64,000 bases of DNA from Trichinella spiralis (taxonomy: Eukaryota). This document shows, in pieces, positions 11,692 to 24,623 of the stretch. The stretch's first letter is position 1. Each line of letters begins with the position of its first letter. The position numbers and the translations under genes are program-made. The notes beneath the pieces are model-generated. The model saw only the letters and a program-made list of their open reading frames with translations, made no database searches and was not told the origin of the DNA. Location of the stretch: contig NW_003526941.1 in the NCBI RefSeq assembly GCF_000181795.1, positions 9,568,353-9,632,352 on the forward strand. Reading direction: 5' to 3'.

Positions 11692-12092
11692 ACCCTAAAC
11701 ACTACTTACCTTTGCACTTATACTTACCTTCACCCTAAACACTACTTACCTTCACACTTATAATTACCTTCACCCAAAACACTACTTACCTTCATAGTTA
11801 TACTTACCTTCACCCTAAATACTACTTACCTTCATAGTTATACTTACCTTCACCCTAAATACTACTTACCTTTCCACTTATACTTACCTTCACCAAAAAC
11901 ACTACTTACCTTCACATTTATACTTACCTTCACCCTATACACTACTTACCTTTCCACTTATACTTCACCAAAAACACTACTTACCTACCTTCACTGTTAT
12001 ACTTACCTTCACACTTATACTTACCTTCACACCTATTCTTACCTGACTTACCCTTAACTATTAGACTACTTACCTATCTTCATACTTACCCA
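11692..12092 (-). repeat. 40-bp tandem minisatellite with two TACTTACCT (minus-strand AGGTAAGTA) per unit
   Basis: Unit actacttacctt.cacttatacttaccttcaccctaaac starts at 11701, 11741, 11781, 11821, 11861, 11901 and 11941, then decays to ~12092. Confidence 0.93.
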
Positions 12093-13230
12093 TAGCTTCC
12101 TTGTCTTTTTAGACTTAGATTTACACTTGACGCTATTTACTTCACCATGTTGCCTTTAACTGACTCTGAATCCGGAACTAAAATGAATTCTTACCTAAAC
12201 TTAAATGAAAAATCTTGAAAACACTAGTACCAAACAATAATTGTAAAAAATTATAAAAAGCAATTATGAAAAAATTATGAAAAGCAAAATTATAAAAACC
12301 TGAAAAACTAAAACGGCAAAATTTACACTTAACTTTCAGTTTATAAAAGTAAAATGTACATACGTCGCCAAACTGAGCGGCATCAACTGGTAGTAGTGCT
12401 TTGTGATGACGTATTTATCGACATGATTACGAATCTTTGTAAAAACACCACATTTCAATGTTACCAAAGAATAGTTACCAAAGAATGCAGCGTTTTCATT
12501 CATCTATATCTAAACTTAATTTGATTCTGAAAATATTAGCAAAACAAGTGTGCTGAAAAGTAAAGCATGCAAAATGTAAAAGCAGAAAAGTAAAAATTGA
12601 TATAAAACAGCCATATTATAAAAAATTAATTGAAGACAAATAACAGTGCATCGTTGTTCCTTAATTACTAAGTATACAAATTTGTAGAAAAACTACTTGC
12701 TAGTCATACAACATTTGTCCTTCAGGATGCAAGCATCTCAACAGCTGCGCGCTGAAATTTTCAGTTAAACATCCTAAGCATGTGATAAGCAACACCGCAG
12801 TGTGAACACTATCACTCATCAATAAAAAACAAAATCTCTACTTACAAAATACTAAAACTTACCTACTCACATAATACTCTACAAAAATACTCACCAAACG
12901 CACTGATGGCAACACGCACTACCAGACTTGTGCGAGATATCCGAAAACCAGCGCAAATCGACTATACACTACTATTACAATCATTATTTAATTATACCGT
13001 ACCCCTGTGATAAGCGAAGCCACACAGATTTCTGGAGCAATACTGAATAACGGCATTAAGCCAACTTAAACTAACGCAGGAGTATGAACGTATATCTGCT
13101 CAATGTTGATGGTGTATTCCATCCCTATAATGGGCAAAATGTATACTTATTTTTGTGATGGCACATTTAAAACGCATTGAGGTAAAGGTGACATACCATG
13201 TTGGCAAGAGCAACAGGAATTCGAAAACGT

Positions 13231-16200
13231 TTCAATTATGTTGACGTACACTATTTAATTCGATAACAAGAAGCATACAAGATCAGATATAAGTAGAATT
13301 AAAAGACATTAATAATAGTGACATATTATAGATACTCAATTACTTACAGATTTTTGTACATCTTTTCAATCCATTGAGGGAAACGTGAACCACCATTAGA
13401 GAAAGATATTCAAGTTTGTAGAAATGGTTCCACTGCACTGACACAACCCATTGCTATAACAAAGTGCATAAAATTCATTCTTATTGTGACGATGAAGAAA
13501 ACCAGAAAGCGGAACTGTTGAGACTCATGACTGATCACGGTAGAAACATGAACAGAGCAATAGTCAAACTAAAAAATAGATACTAAATAACACAGCGAAA
13601 TAAAGCATTGGATTACAAAATGAATTAAATTCAAATATCATCGTGATGCACTGTTATTCGGTTTCAATCATTTTTTATAATATGGCTGTTTCTCTTAAGT
13701 ATCTTTTCAACCGCATCCTGAGTTCATGTAAAGCGCTCGCAACATAATATACAGAACAGAAATAAATACAGTTGCATTACCTCCTTGATGATATACCAAT
13801 GAAGACAATTCAGCAAAAAATAAAGAAAGCTGAAATTATTTAATAAGTAATTAGTGTCATATAAACAAAATATTTTTTACCCACATTCTTTCCAGATATT
13901 GCGTTGTATTATCTTGTACATCTAAAAAGCTATATTTCTAATGTAAAATTTAAATTTCAAATTTACTAAAATCAAAGGCAACCAATCTACAATATTACTT
14001 ACTTTACGTTGCACGTACGAATACAATAACAGATGTGCCGCTGATGGCGTTGCTAACTTACAATCTAAATATCTCGCAAATAATCATTTTGCGCAGCTGC
14101 TTGTTGGCCATCATTTTCATTGAAATTTCACGGGAATAAACAAGATTGCAAATCAACAGCAGATGAGAATAATTATGATGCATAGTTGCATCATCTTCTC
14201 ATGATAGGATTTTTTATATTCATTGATATGAAAATAAAATAATGTAAGTTCTAAAAGTGAATTATATCAATGCAGTCATCTATAAATAAAAAACAGAAAT
14301 AGATACTTCTTCGTCTTCAGCATCTGATGTATATAAAACTTAGCAATAATAAGACTAGAAAAACACCCGCCAGATTCCAATCACCATATATGCAAAGTAA
14401 CATGCATAGCATACCACCACCAAAATATCAAATCCAACTTACCAGTTATTCATGGATGGTGTTGAAGAGCGCAATTATAGTTGACGACGTGCTAGATTGA
14501 CAGCATTGCAGTGAACTGAATAACCTAATGTAATCGAAGTTCTCTGATTAGATGTATAATACTAAGTAAATTATGCAAATGACTATTTACTTTGCCTCAG
14601 GAAGAACAAACTAATTTTCCATCAGTAATAGCGCAGTAAAATAAACATTATGAGCAACATTATGAAACGAGACGATGAAATTTATTACGTTTTTATTTAC
14701 ACACTTCCTATTAGTACGTAATATGGCATTGTTATGCAAATATTTTTCCCTAAAATTACCTAAAAGGAAATATTATTAACCTGAAGCATCGCAAATTGCT
14801 AAAAATAAACGGAAATGCTATCACTGCGTATTTATGCATGCTGTGTAATTTAATTGCTTGAAAGTACAAGGTGATTCAATAATTTATATTTTATCAATGT
14901 TTTTCTTCTAATCAAAATTATACGAATAATAAAAAATGGCTTCCACTGAAAATAGTTTCGAAAATAAAATACGTTTTCAGATTTATAAAAAATTGAACAG
15001 TTGACATGAAATTTTATGATGATAATTGCAATAGAACTTTTATAATATACAATTTATCTCAGCACAGAATTTAACAAGTGCGCAGCGTAGACGATGTGAG
15101 ATAAACCTACCTGCAGAAATTAAGTAACTCAACGATTTGCGATGAATTCAAGAAACTTATGCGGGTGACAATTCTGTATTGCACTTCATGAAAAGAATAA
15201 AACAAAAGAATCACGAATAGCCTGGATTTGGTTATATTGCTAGTCGACAGCAATTATGAGATATTCGATTTATATGAGATGAAAACAGCTAAGTGCTGCT
15301 CATTCAACTCGAAATAGGGGGTGGGAAGAATTTTCAGTTGAATGCGATCTCTGTTCAGCTTATTATTATTACTAGCTCAATGATGGGGATCATTAGAAAG
15401 GAAAGGAGGGCGGGACAGCATAGCAGGAAGGAATGAGGGAGAAGCTGAAGGATGGAGGAGGTGGAAGTTGTCAGGTGCGTTCTTCCACTCAATCTTCACG
15501 TATAATATTCAGGCATTGCTTCATTTATCAATACTGACAACATTTATGGGCATTGGGTTATTTTCTCAATGACAGAAAATAGGTGCATCTGTATAAATCA
15601 GTGCTATTGGCGGTACAATGACATAACAAAAACTTTAAGGAGTCATTTCAGAAATGAAGGGATCGTTACTGCCATTCTGAAAGTATCAAAGGTGGTAGTA
15701 TAAAAGTGTGTTCTCTAGGTAACAGCAGCTTTCCTATGTCATGCTGAAACAATCTTGTGCACAATTTGAGCAGTGACAAGCATTTAGGGGTGCGATTGTG
15801 CGACTGCACACGACATTTCCTTTAAACAATTGGGCAAGTATGTTACATAATGTTACATAAACATTACAGTGGGCTGTAAAGATAAGGCGGGAGGGGTTCA
15901 ACTGCTATGTCAGAGTACTACTTTACAAATGGATTTGTAAGGACTATTGAAAATTATAGCAAAATATACCATTAGTACTATTATATAATGGCTTGGCCGT
16001 AATAAAGTCTCGGATATTAGTTGAACATCATTACTGAAAAACAACGCGCTAGTTTCCATTCAAAAAGACTAAAATCAAACAACTACGAAAAGCTTAAAAA
16101 GCGCGCATGTTTAGTGCAGTGCGCCAAGAGAAAGAAAGAAAACGTTGTATGAAAAATAGCAAATATATGAAAGTTTTTACCTGTCAGCAGACCTGTCAGG

Positions 16201-16528
16201 GATAACGTATATAACAAACGTAGAGCCATACATTTTGTAACTGATGTTCGTGGTTTCTTCATATTTTTAGTCGAACAATCACAACGTAATTGTTGCAGTG
16301 AAGCATCGAAATGACCAAATAACGCAATGCAGTAAGTAAATAGACCGCCCTTCAGCAGCGAACATTTACATTATAGTGCAGTCTCTCAATTAACAGATAT
16401 TTATATAAGGGAACACTGCTACCGCATTTGAAAAGCACAAAGTGCACGTAGCAGAATGCCAACGGCAGTGTTTACCATCACATTTAGCATAAAGTTATTC
16501 TGCTGACCTAGAAATGCATGTATGCCTT
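13231..16528 (-). repeat. Right arm (copy D) of the long inverted repeat
   Basis: Reverse complement of 3161-6739; truncated by the N-gap at 16529. Confidence 0.92.
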
Positions 16529-16549
16529 NNNNNNNNNNGAAAAAATCGA

Positions 16550-18578
16550 ATAACAACGTGGATAATGTTAAGCTAATTTCTGTCAAAGAAGATGCCATGA
16601 ATTGAGAAGTAAATGCTTGTTAAACTATTGAAAAAGCAATCTACAATAGAAGATGATGTGCTTATAATAGAGAGACACCAGGCGCGCAGCATTGAAAGTG
16701 GTTTAAATGAGCTAAAGTTAAATTCTAATAATCAAGTCATTCTTCCCTAATCTCAATACCATCTCATGTATAAAACAAAAAATACCGTTTTACAGTGAAA
16801 AATCTTATTTACATCTTACATTTACCAATTTTAATTAAACTATGGAATAAAATTCGCCCTTTCGCTGTATCCCCAACCTCGAATTACATAATCTTGACTG
16901 ACAGAAAATCACACATACCTCTTGCATTCTGTTGTTGTGCTTCGTAACGCGCGTCTTCTGTTCCGTGTAGACGGCGTTTAAAACTCTTTTTTCTCCATTG
17001 TTCATATGTGTAATAATGTTAAATGCTAAATAGCAAGTGGTCGCACTTTATCACATAATGAAAGTTACAATAAATTTAAAGCTGAATTTCAAATACAATA
17101 ATTACATTAAATTTTTAATTAAAAAGTAACGTTTACAAAATAAGTGTGCACACTTCTTGAGATACTAACACAAGTAGAAAACAGAATTACTTTAAATTAC
17201 TTTTAAACAAATTTTTGACGCCATAGTTAATTCAGAGAATATTTTACGACGCTACCACTTGATGATAAGGCACCTTTGTGACGATCATTATTTGCATAAT
17301 GGAGTGCTCTATATCGAATTCTGTGGATGAAAATCTCTTGGTGAGTTAGTAAGGAAGCTAAAAATGCAGCTTAAAGAAAGTTAGCGATTGTCTGAAAAAA
17401 GTATTGATTTGCACTGTTCAACGTTGTTCAAATAATCTAAAGAATAAATTAAAAAAATACTTATTTATGCTTCCTATATGGAAATTTATATAATCTTCTT
17501 TTTCATTATTTCAGTAGGGATGCTACATTATATTGAAATATGAATAAAGATTATGAATATTAAAATTTGAATGCTCTAAAAAGCTTACCAATGTTGTGTT
17601 AACATTAAAATATCAATTACCGATTCATTTGATATTTGCTATTGCTGTTTTACGTTTAAACATTTAAAATAAATCCACATTGAATTAATAAACTTTAATT
17701 TATTGTGATAAAAAGTATTATTGTAATTATAGTGTTGCACATGATATTGTGAAATGTTACGTTGTGAGGCCACGTCCAAATTAGTAATGTGTTTAATCTG
17801 ACTGATGATGATCAACCTTTTTCACTTTTACTCTGTGAATAGTGTATTTTTTGAGATAGTTTCACGAAAATAATATTGCATTTTTTCAGAATATGCTTTT
17901 TCTGGATATACTGCATTTCATATTTTACTCAATTTCTTTTTTAATTACAGTACAAATCTACACTTGTATTCTGAATGTACTGCTTTTGTATTCAGCACGA
18001 AAATTTCATTTAATGCGAGACTTATGACTTTATCATCATCATTATGATTATTATATAAACTTCATAAATGCACTTTATAAGTGTAAAAATTTCACAGAAT
18101 TTGTTCACAGTTGAATTTGTATGCAAATTATTTTTGCTCTTTTGTAATGATAATTAAGAACAATAGTCATTTTAAGTGCAATCTTGATTCGCTTAACATA
18201 CGGTAAATGCTTGAAAAGTCACCCAAAGGATACAACCTGGACTGTAAATCAGAGGTTAATTTTTCGTGTCAGTTTTTTATACTAAAATCCATATGCATTG
18301 TTAAATTCAACCGAGCAGAATTAAATATTCAAAAATGACCCGGTATAGCGAAGGAAATCAAAAAAATCTCACCAAAAGTTATAACACTTACTGCACGCAC
18401 GGACGCTAAGTATAACGGTAACATAAGACGCATATACTGGTGTAAAAATTTTGATGAGAGAAAACCAAAGTAGCTGGCCTTGTAAAGTTTCGCTGGAAAT
18501 CAACATTCCACGCCATATGCAGAACATTAATTCAATTTTGATAACGTTAACACTTACTTTGCCGTGAAGATTTATCTG
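16550..18578 (+). repeat. Copy 1 of a ~2.0-kb direct duplication
   Basis: Matches ~19065-21106, from gataatgt.aagctaatttctgtcaaagaagatgc to gccgtgaagatttatctg; bounded by 10-N gaps. Confidence 0.9.
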
Positions 18579-19064
18579 NNNNNNNNNNCACATTTAGAAT
18601 TTTATAGTCAATATGGCGATAGATCTTGGATGCAAAATATTTTACGCATTTCGTCATGTTAACTAACCCTATCTGAACAGTAGAATGTCTATTCGAATCT
18701 CAGTTATGACTAATACTCAGGTTATTTAGTATACTATATAATAAATCTGAAGAGAGACAGTAATTTTATAGTGTGTATTAATAATATGCAAAGCAAATGG
18801 ATGGATTAATATTCAAAGATCGAAATAAATGATCATTTAATAGCAAATGTAGGTAAATTGTTATATAAGAGGAGAAATAAGGATTCGAAAAAACAATTCG
18901 TTCAGACAGGCGATATAGGCTAGCATCGTAAGCAGTCAAAGGAAAATTCAAAAATGACCTTGACATTGACAATTCAGTCAAAAATATAAACTATCTGGCA
19001 ATAAACGCCATAACAAAAATATTCACTTAGTCAAAACACGCCTCCGCATTTTTGAAAAAAAGGA

Positions 19065-21106
19065 ATAACAACGTTGATAATGTGAAGCTAATTTCTGTCA
19101 AAGAAGATGCTTTGAATTGAGAAATTTTCAAATAAATGCTTGTTAAACTATTGAAAAAGCAATCTACAATAGAAGATGATGTGCTTATAATAGAGAGACA
19201 CCAGGCGCGCAGCATTGAAAGTGGTTTAAATGAGCAAAAATTAAATTCTAACAATCAAGTCATTCTTCCCTAATCTCAATACCATCTCATGTATAAAACA
19301 AAAAATACCGTTTTACAGTGAAAAATCTTATTTACATCTTACATTTACCAATTTTAATTAAACTAAAGAATAAAATTCACCCTTTCGCTGTATCCCCAAC
19401 CTCGAATTACAGAATCCTGACTGACAGAAAATCACACATACCTCTTGCATTCTGTTGTTGTGCTTCGTAACGCGCGTCTTCTGTTCCGTGTAGACGGCGT
19501 TTAAAATTCTTTTTTCTCCATTGTTCATATCTGTAATAATGTTGAATGCTAAATAACAAATAGTCGCACTTTATCACATAGTGAAAGTTACAATAAATTG
19601 AAAACTGAATTTTCAAATATAATAATTACATTAAATTTTTAATCAAAAGATAACGTTTACAAAATAAGTGTGCACAGTTTTTGAAGATAACTAACACAAG
19701 TAGAAAACAGAATTACTTTAAATTACCTTTAAACAAATTTTTGACGCCATAGCTAATTCAGAGAATATTTTACGACGCTACCACTTGATGATAAGGCACC
19801 TTTGTGACGATCATTATTTGTATAATGGAGTGCTCTATATCGAATTCTGTGGATGAAAATCTCTTGGTGAGTTAGTGAAGAAGCTAAAAATGCAGCTTAA
19901 AGAAAGTTAGCGATTGTCTGAAAAAAGTATTGATTTGCACTGTTCAACGTTGTTCAAATAATCTAAAGAATAAATTAAAAAAATACTTATTTATGCTTTC
20001 TCTATGGAAATTTATATAATCTTCTTTTTCATTATTTCAGTAGGGAATGCTACATTATACTGAAATATGAACAAAGATTATGAATATTAAAATTTAAATG
20101 CTCTAAAAAAACTTACCCATGTTGTGTTAACATTAAAATATCAATTACCCGATTCATTTGATATTTGCTTTTGCTGTTTTACGTTTAAACATTTAAAATA
20201 AATCCACATTGAATTAATAAACTTTGATTTATTGTGATAAAAAGTATTATTGTAATTATAGTGTTGCACATGATATTGTGAAATGTTACGTTGTGAGGCC
20301 ACGTCCAAATTAGTAATGTGTTTAATCTGACTAATGATGATCAACCTTTTTCACTTTTACTCTGTGAATAGTGTATTTTTTGAGATAGTTTCACGAAAAT
20401 AATATTGCATTTTTTCAGAATATGCTTTTTCTGGATATACTGTATTTCATATTTTACTCAATTTCATTTTTAATTACAGTACAAATCTACACTTGTATTC
20501 TGAATGTACTGCTTTTTTATTCAGCACGAAAATTTCATTTAATGCGAGACTTATGACTTTATCATCATCATTATGATTATTATATAAACTTCATAAATGC
20601 ACTTTATAAGTGTAAAAATTTCACAGAATTTGTTCACAGTTGAATTTGTATGCAAATTTTTTTGCTCTTTTGTAATGATAATTAAGAACAATTGTCATTT
20701 TAACTGCAATCTTGATTCGCTTAACATACGGTAAATGCTTGAAAAGTCACCCAAAGGATACAACCTGGACTGTAAATCAGAGGTTAATTTTTCGTGTCAG
20801 TTTTTTATACTAAAATCCATATGCATTGTTAAATTCAACCGAGCAGAATTAAATATTCAAAAATGACCCGGTATAGCGAAGGAAATCAAAAAAATCTCAC
20901 CAAAAGTTATAACACTTACTGCACGCACGGACGCTAAGTATAACGGTAACATAAGACGCATATATTGGTGTAAAAATTTTGATGAGAGAAAACCAAAGTA
21001 GCTGGCCTTGTAAAGTTTCGCTGGAAATCAACATTCCACGCCATATGCAGAACATTAATTCAATTTTGATAACGTTAACACTTACTTTGCCGTGAAGATT
21101 TATCTG
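19065..21106 (+). repeat. Copy 2 of the ~2.0-kb direct duplication
   Basis: Matches 16550-18578, with SNPs and small indels concentrated in the left half. Confidence 0.9.
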
Positions 21107-21677
21107 TTACTCGTTTCGTAGTGTTCATTTTATCAATAATTGCTTTGTTCAACTTATAAATGTTCATTTCTTATTTGCTGCAATAATATTTGAATAGATT
21201 GTTCACTGAACTGAATTTGCATTCAAGGGTGCGGATGAACAAAATTAATGCAACAGTGAACTTTTCAGTTCATCATTCTGTAACTTTCACTCATTTCTTG
21301 AATTTCATGTTTATTCAAGTACAACTGCGCAAATGCTAGCTCCATTCTATAAATATTTAAAATGATTAATGTTCTGTTTTATTTGAAATTAAAATTCTTT
21401 TTTTTAAAATAACTTTTTCAAACTGCAATTTTTCTTCCAAATGTCATATCGAATTTTATAGTGCTTTTCAAATAAAATCTCTACTGCACATGCAACAAGC
21501 TAAATGGTACTTTTAAATATTTGTCTTTTGTGGCAGTTAGGTGAATCTTTTCTACCATTTACTCAAAATGCGTTAACTAAATATTTGAGGTCCACTACCA
21601 AGAACGTTGCTTATACTTAAATTAAATTAAATTATTTTAATTTGGATTTTCTTCATTCAATCCATTCAAAATTTTAA

Positions 21678-23655
21678 ATGTCAATCTGTGGTAGCTGTTT
21701 CATTTTACTTCTTTTACTGCTTTTTAGCGCAGTCTTGGTAAGTCTGAATATGACGTGAACAGAAAAATTTTCATTACAAATTAATCAATAAACAAAGAAA
21801 TTGCATTTGTATATATTAAATTAAAAATTTCTAAATTAAAACAAAAACACTGCATTTATGAAATCATTTCACTTTTATGACTTTTCGATTAACATTCATA
21901 TTCACAGGAAACATTTTCAAATTCGTCCAGTAAAATCAACATAAATTTCTGCTTGATGTAACAATTGAAGCTAACGTAAGTCTGTACGCGTATTGAAGAT
22001 TTTGTGGCAAAAGTTTATTTTTCACATTGTCAAAAACAAACCCTTCGCTGTACAGTAGTAATTAATTTGAAGAACAATTCTAATGTGCATGACTCTCACA
22101 ATAATTACTTCTCATAAGCATGGCACATTCATAACAATAATTTCAGGACAAATTTCACTTGTTGACCAAAAGAATAATTATTAAATGGAAATTTCAACAT
22201 TATAGAGAAGAACAGTAACGTTGGACTGTGGAATACCAGTGGTACCAATGATAAAAAACTTTCCAACTGGTTCAAAAATTGTAGGAGGATGGGAAGTGAA
22301 CCCGAACTCCGTACCATGGCAAGTACTTGTAGCAGCGGAGAGAGTGAACAGTGAATATCTATGCGGTGGAACGCTGATATCATTGGATACTGAAAACGAA
22401 AGCTCGCTAGTGCTCACTGCTGCCCATTGTGTTTTTGACCACAGGTAGGTCGTTTTATATTTTACAAATTACTTCTTTTCCAACTTTTCACAATAAAATC
22501 AAAATTTCAATGTCAGAATCAAGGGGCACAGTTGAATTTCACGCATTTAATTTATAATCTCCATTATTAAATTTATTACATTTCAATTTGCATCTATTCA
22601 CGGCGTTTGTTCATTTCAGCACCTTGAAAACAATTGAGGTAGAGAAAATACTTATCATTGTTGGAGCTCACGATATTGAAAAAAAAGAACCACGTCAAAT
22701 TATGTACCGCGTGAGGAATATGGCAATTCATTATCTGTATAAAAATTCTTCAGTGCTTCATGATATCGCATTACTCAAATTAAGAGCACCAGTCCCTCAT
22801 AATCGGTATAGCCTGCCAGTATGCATCCCAAAATTCACTGACATATTACCTATTGGAAATCGATGTTGGACCACTGGCTGGGGTAGAGATTATAGTAAGT
22901 TCAATAAAATGAATAACAGAAAGAATAATAGAAAAAGAATTTCACTGATTAGATAATAAATCGTCCCCTCGTCTGAAAATGGTCCCGTCACCTATATTAC
23001 ATCCCAAAAAATGTGGAATAAGAAGAGCTGAATCTTCGTTCTGTATTTGCGGTGGAATGTTGAACAGAATGCATGTTCCCTCGAAGGTATGATATAATAA
23101 AAGAAAATAAATAAGAAATTAATTTTTCAGCCTTAAAATTTTATCAGAAATCGAATCGACTAATTAGAAAATTCATCCTCTCTCATATCAGTGTTACTGT
23201 TCACGTAATTTTTTAAATTATTATTTGTTTAGTAGCTTACGAAAATGTTATTAGTAAATCATAAATAGATACTTTTCGTTTCATTAATTACACACTTCAT
23301 TAAAAATGTAAAATTAGTTCATCACATTAGTAAATAATTAGCTTTTTGTTAAAGAAGAATAATTAAGGGAGATTCTGGAGGGCCATTGTTTTGCGAGGTC
23401 AATGGAGTAATGGTGCAGCACGGAATTGTCAGTTTTAAAGGAAGAAGATCAAACAAACTTTGTGGATATGTAAAAGTACTACAATACTATCCATGGATTG
23501 TTCGTTCAGCAGCAAGTTTCAATTCATTGAGCATCATAGAAAGGGGCATAAATTTTATTTCTTCCGTATGGAACATGTTCAGTAAGTTAAATACGTGCCA
23601 TTTTTTTTAATTTAAAAACCTAATTTTATTTGAAATTTTCGCAGCTGGATCATGA
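21678..23655 (+). CDS. Secreted chymotrypsin/trypsin-fold (S1A) serine protease
   Basis: Exons 21678-21737 (signal peptide MSICGSCFILLLLLLFSAVL), [21908-21975, out of frame], 22206-22444, 22620-22894, 22953-23086, 23368-23581 and probably 23645-23655 (otherwise stop at 23610). Motifs K|IVGG, CGGTLI, LTAAHC, DIALLKL, GWG and GDSGGP; triad intact. Confidence 0.9.
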
Positions 23656-24623
23656 ATTGCTGCAACTGAGGAGAAGCTTATTATTGATATTGGTCCAAAC
23701 CACTAAAGACAGTACTTTAATTTCGTCAACAATAACTTGATTAAATTCTTTTATACATGATCAAAACAATTTGAAATTATTGAATTAAAACTAAATTATA
23801 CAAAACGAAAAACAACACTGAACAGCAGTAATTCTGAGTAAAAACAACTTCACACATTCCAATAAAAAAGCAAACATAAGATATAACCTTTCCACTTCCC
23901 TCATCAAGATAACAAAAAAGTCGCAACAGACATAATTGTATATACAAATCGCACTGCACTGTTTACTTCTCATAAGCATGCCAAATTCATAACAATAACT
24001 TCAAGACAAAGCTGAACAATACCGATCTACAAAATATCGATTTGAAAAGGATGTGGAGAAAGTGCTGTTTTCCTTCCTAATCTGTCATCATGAGGAAAAT
24101 CTTACAATCTTCATAAACAGCAGAGTGCTGTCTTTAAATTTGATTAAAAATACATAATGAAGTAAGTATTTATACAGTCGGACAGAGCTACTTCAGTCGG
24201 TGAAATAAGCAAAGATATCAAAATTAGAAAACTGATATTCAATATTCGAAACTTTGAAGAATAAAATAATGCCATATTAATAATTTTCATTATATAAAAA
24301 TAAAATATTCCTCACCGTCTATACTTAATCTACGCAAAAAAAAACATATAATATAAAAGTAAAAATGTCAAATTAATAATTTTGATTGAATGAAGATAAA
24401 ATGTTCTTTAAATTTTACAATGAAACTATGCAAAAAATTGCACAAATATAATAATAATAATAATTAATTGCACAAACAGCAATGAATAAAAAGTGCTAAA
24501 GTAACGTCAAATACGTGAACAAGTAAAATTTTTAAATAAGAAAACCGGAGAACACGAAAACAAATATGGTAAAAAAAGAACAGAGTAAAACATTTACTCT
24601 GATTAAGCGATACGTTTAAATGC

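Noticed and set aside
11692..12092. CRISPR-like array, telomeric repeat or U1 snRNA gene cluster
   Set aside because: The spacers are themselves repeated, there are no cas genes and the context is eukaryotic. The unit is not TTAGGC/TTAGGG, and only the first 10 nt of U1 match.
19030..19273. Protein-like plus-strand frame (SKHASAFLKKRNN...NNQVILP)
   Set aside because: Two in-frame stops and no recognisable family; cannot be called a pseudogene from sequence alone.
2151..21106. Autonomous transposon (transposase, reverse transcriptase or Rep-helicase)
   Set aside because: No long ORF or catalytic motif is visible in any frame.
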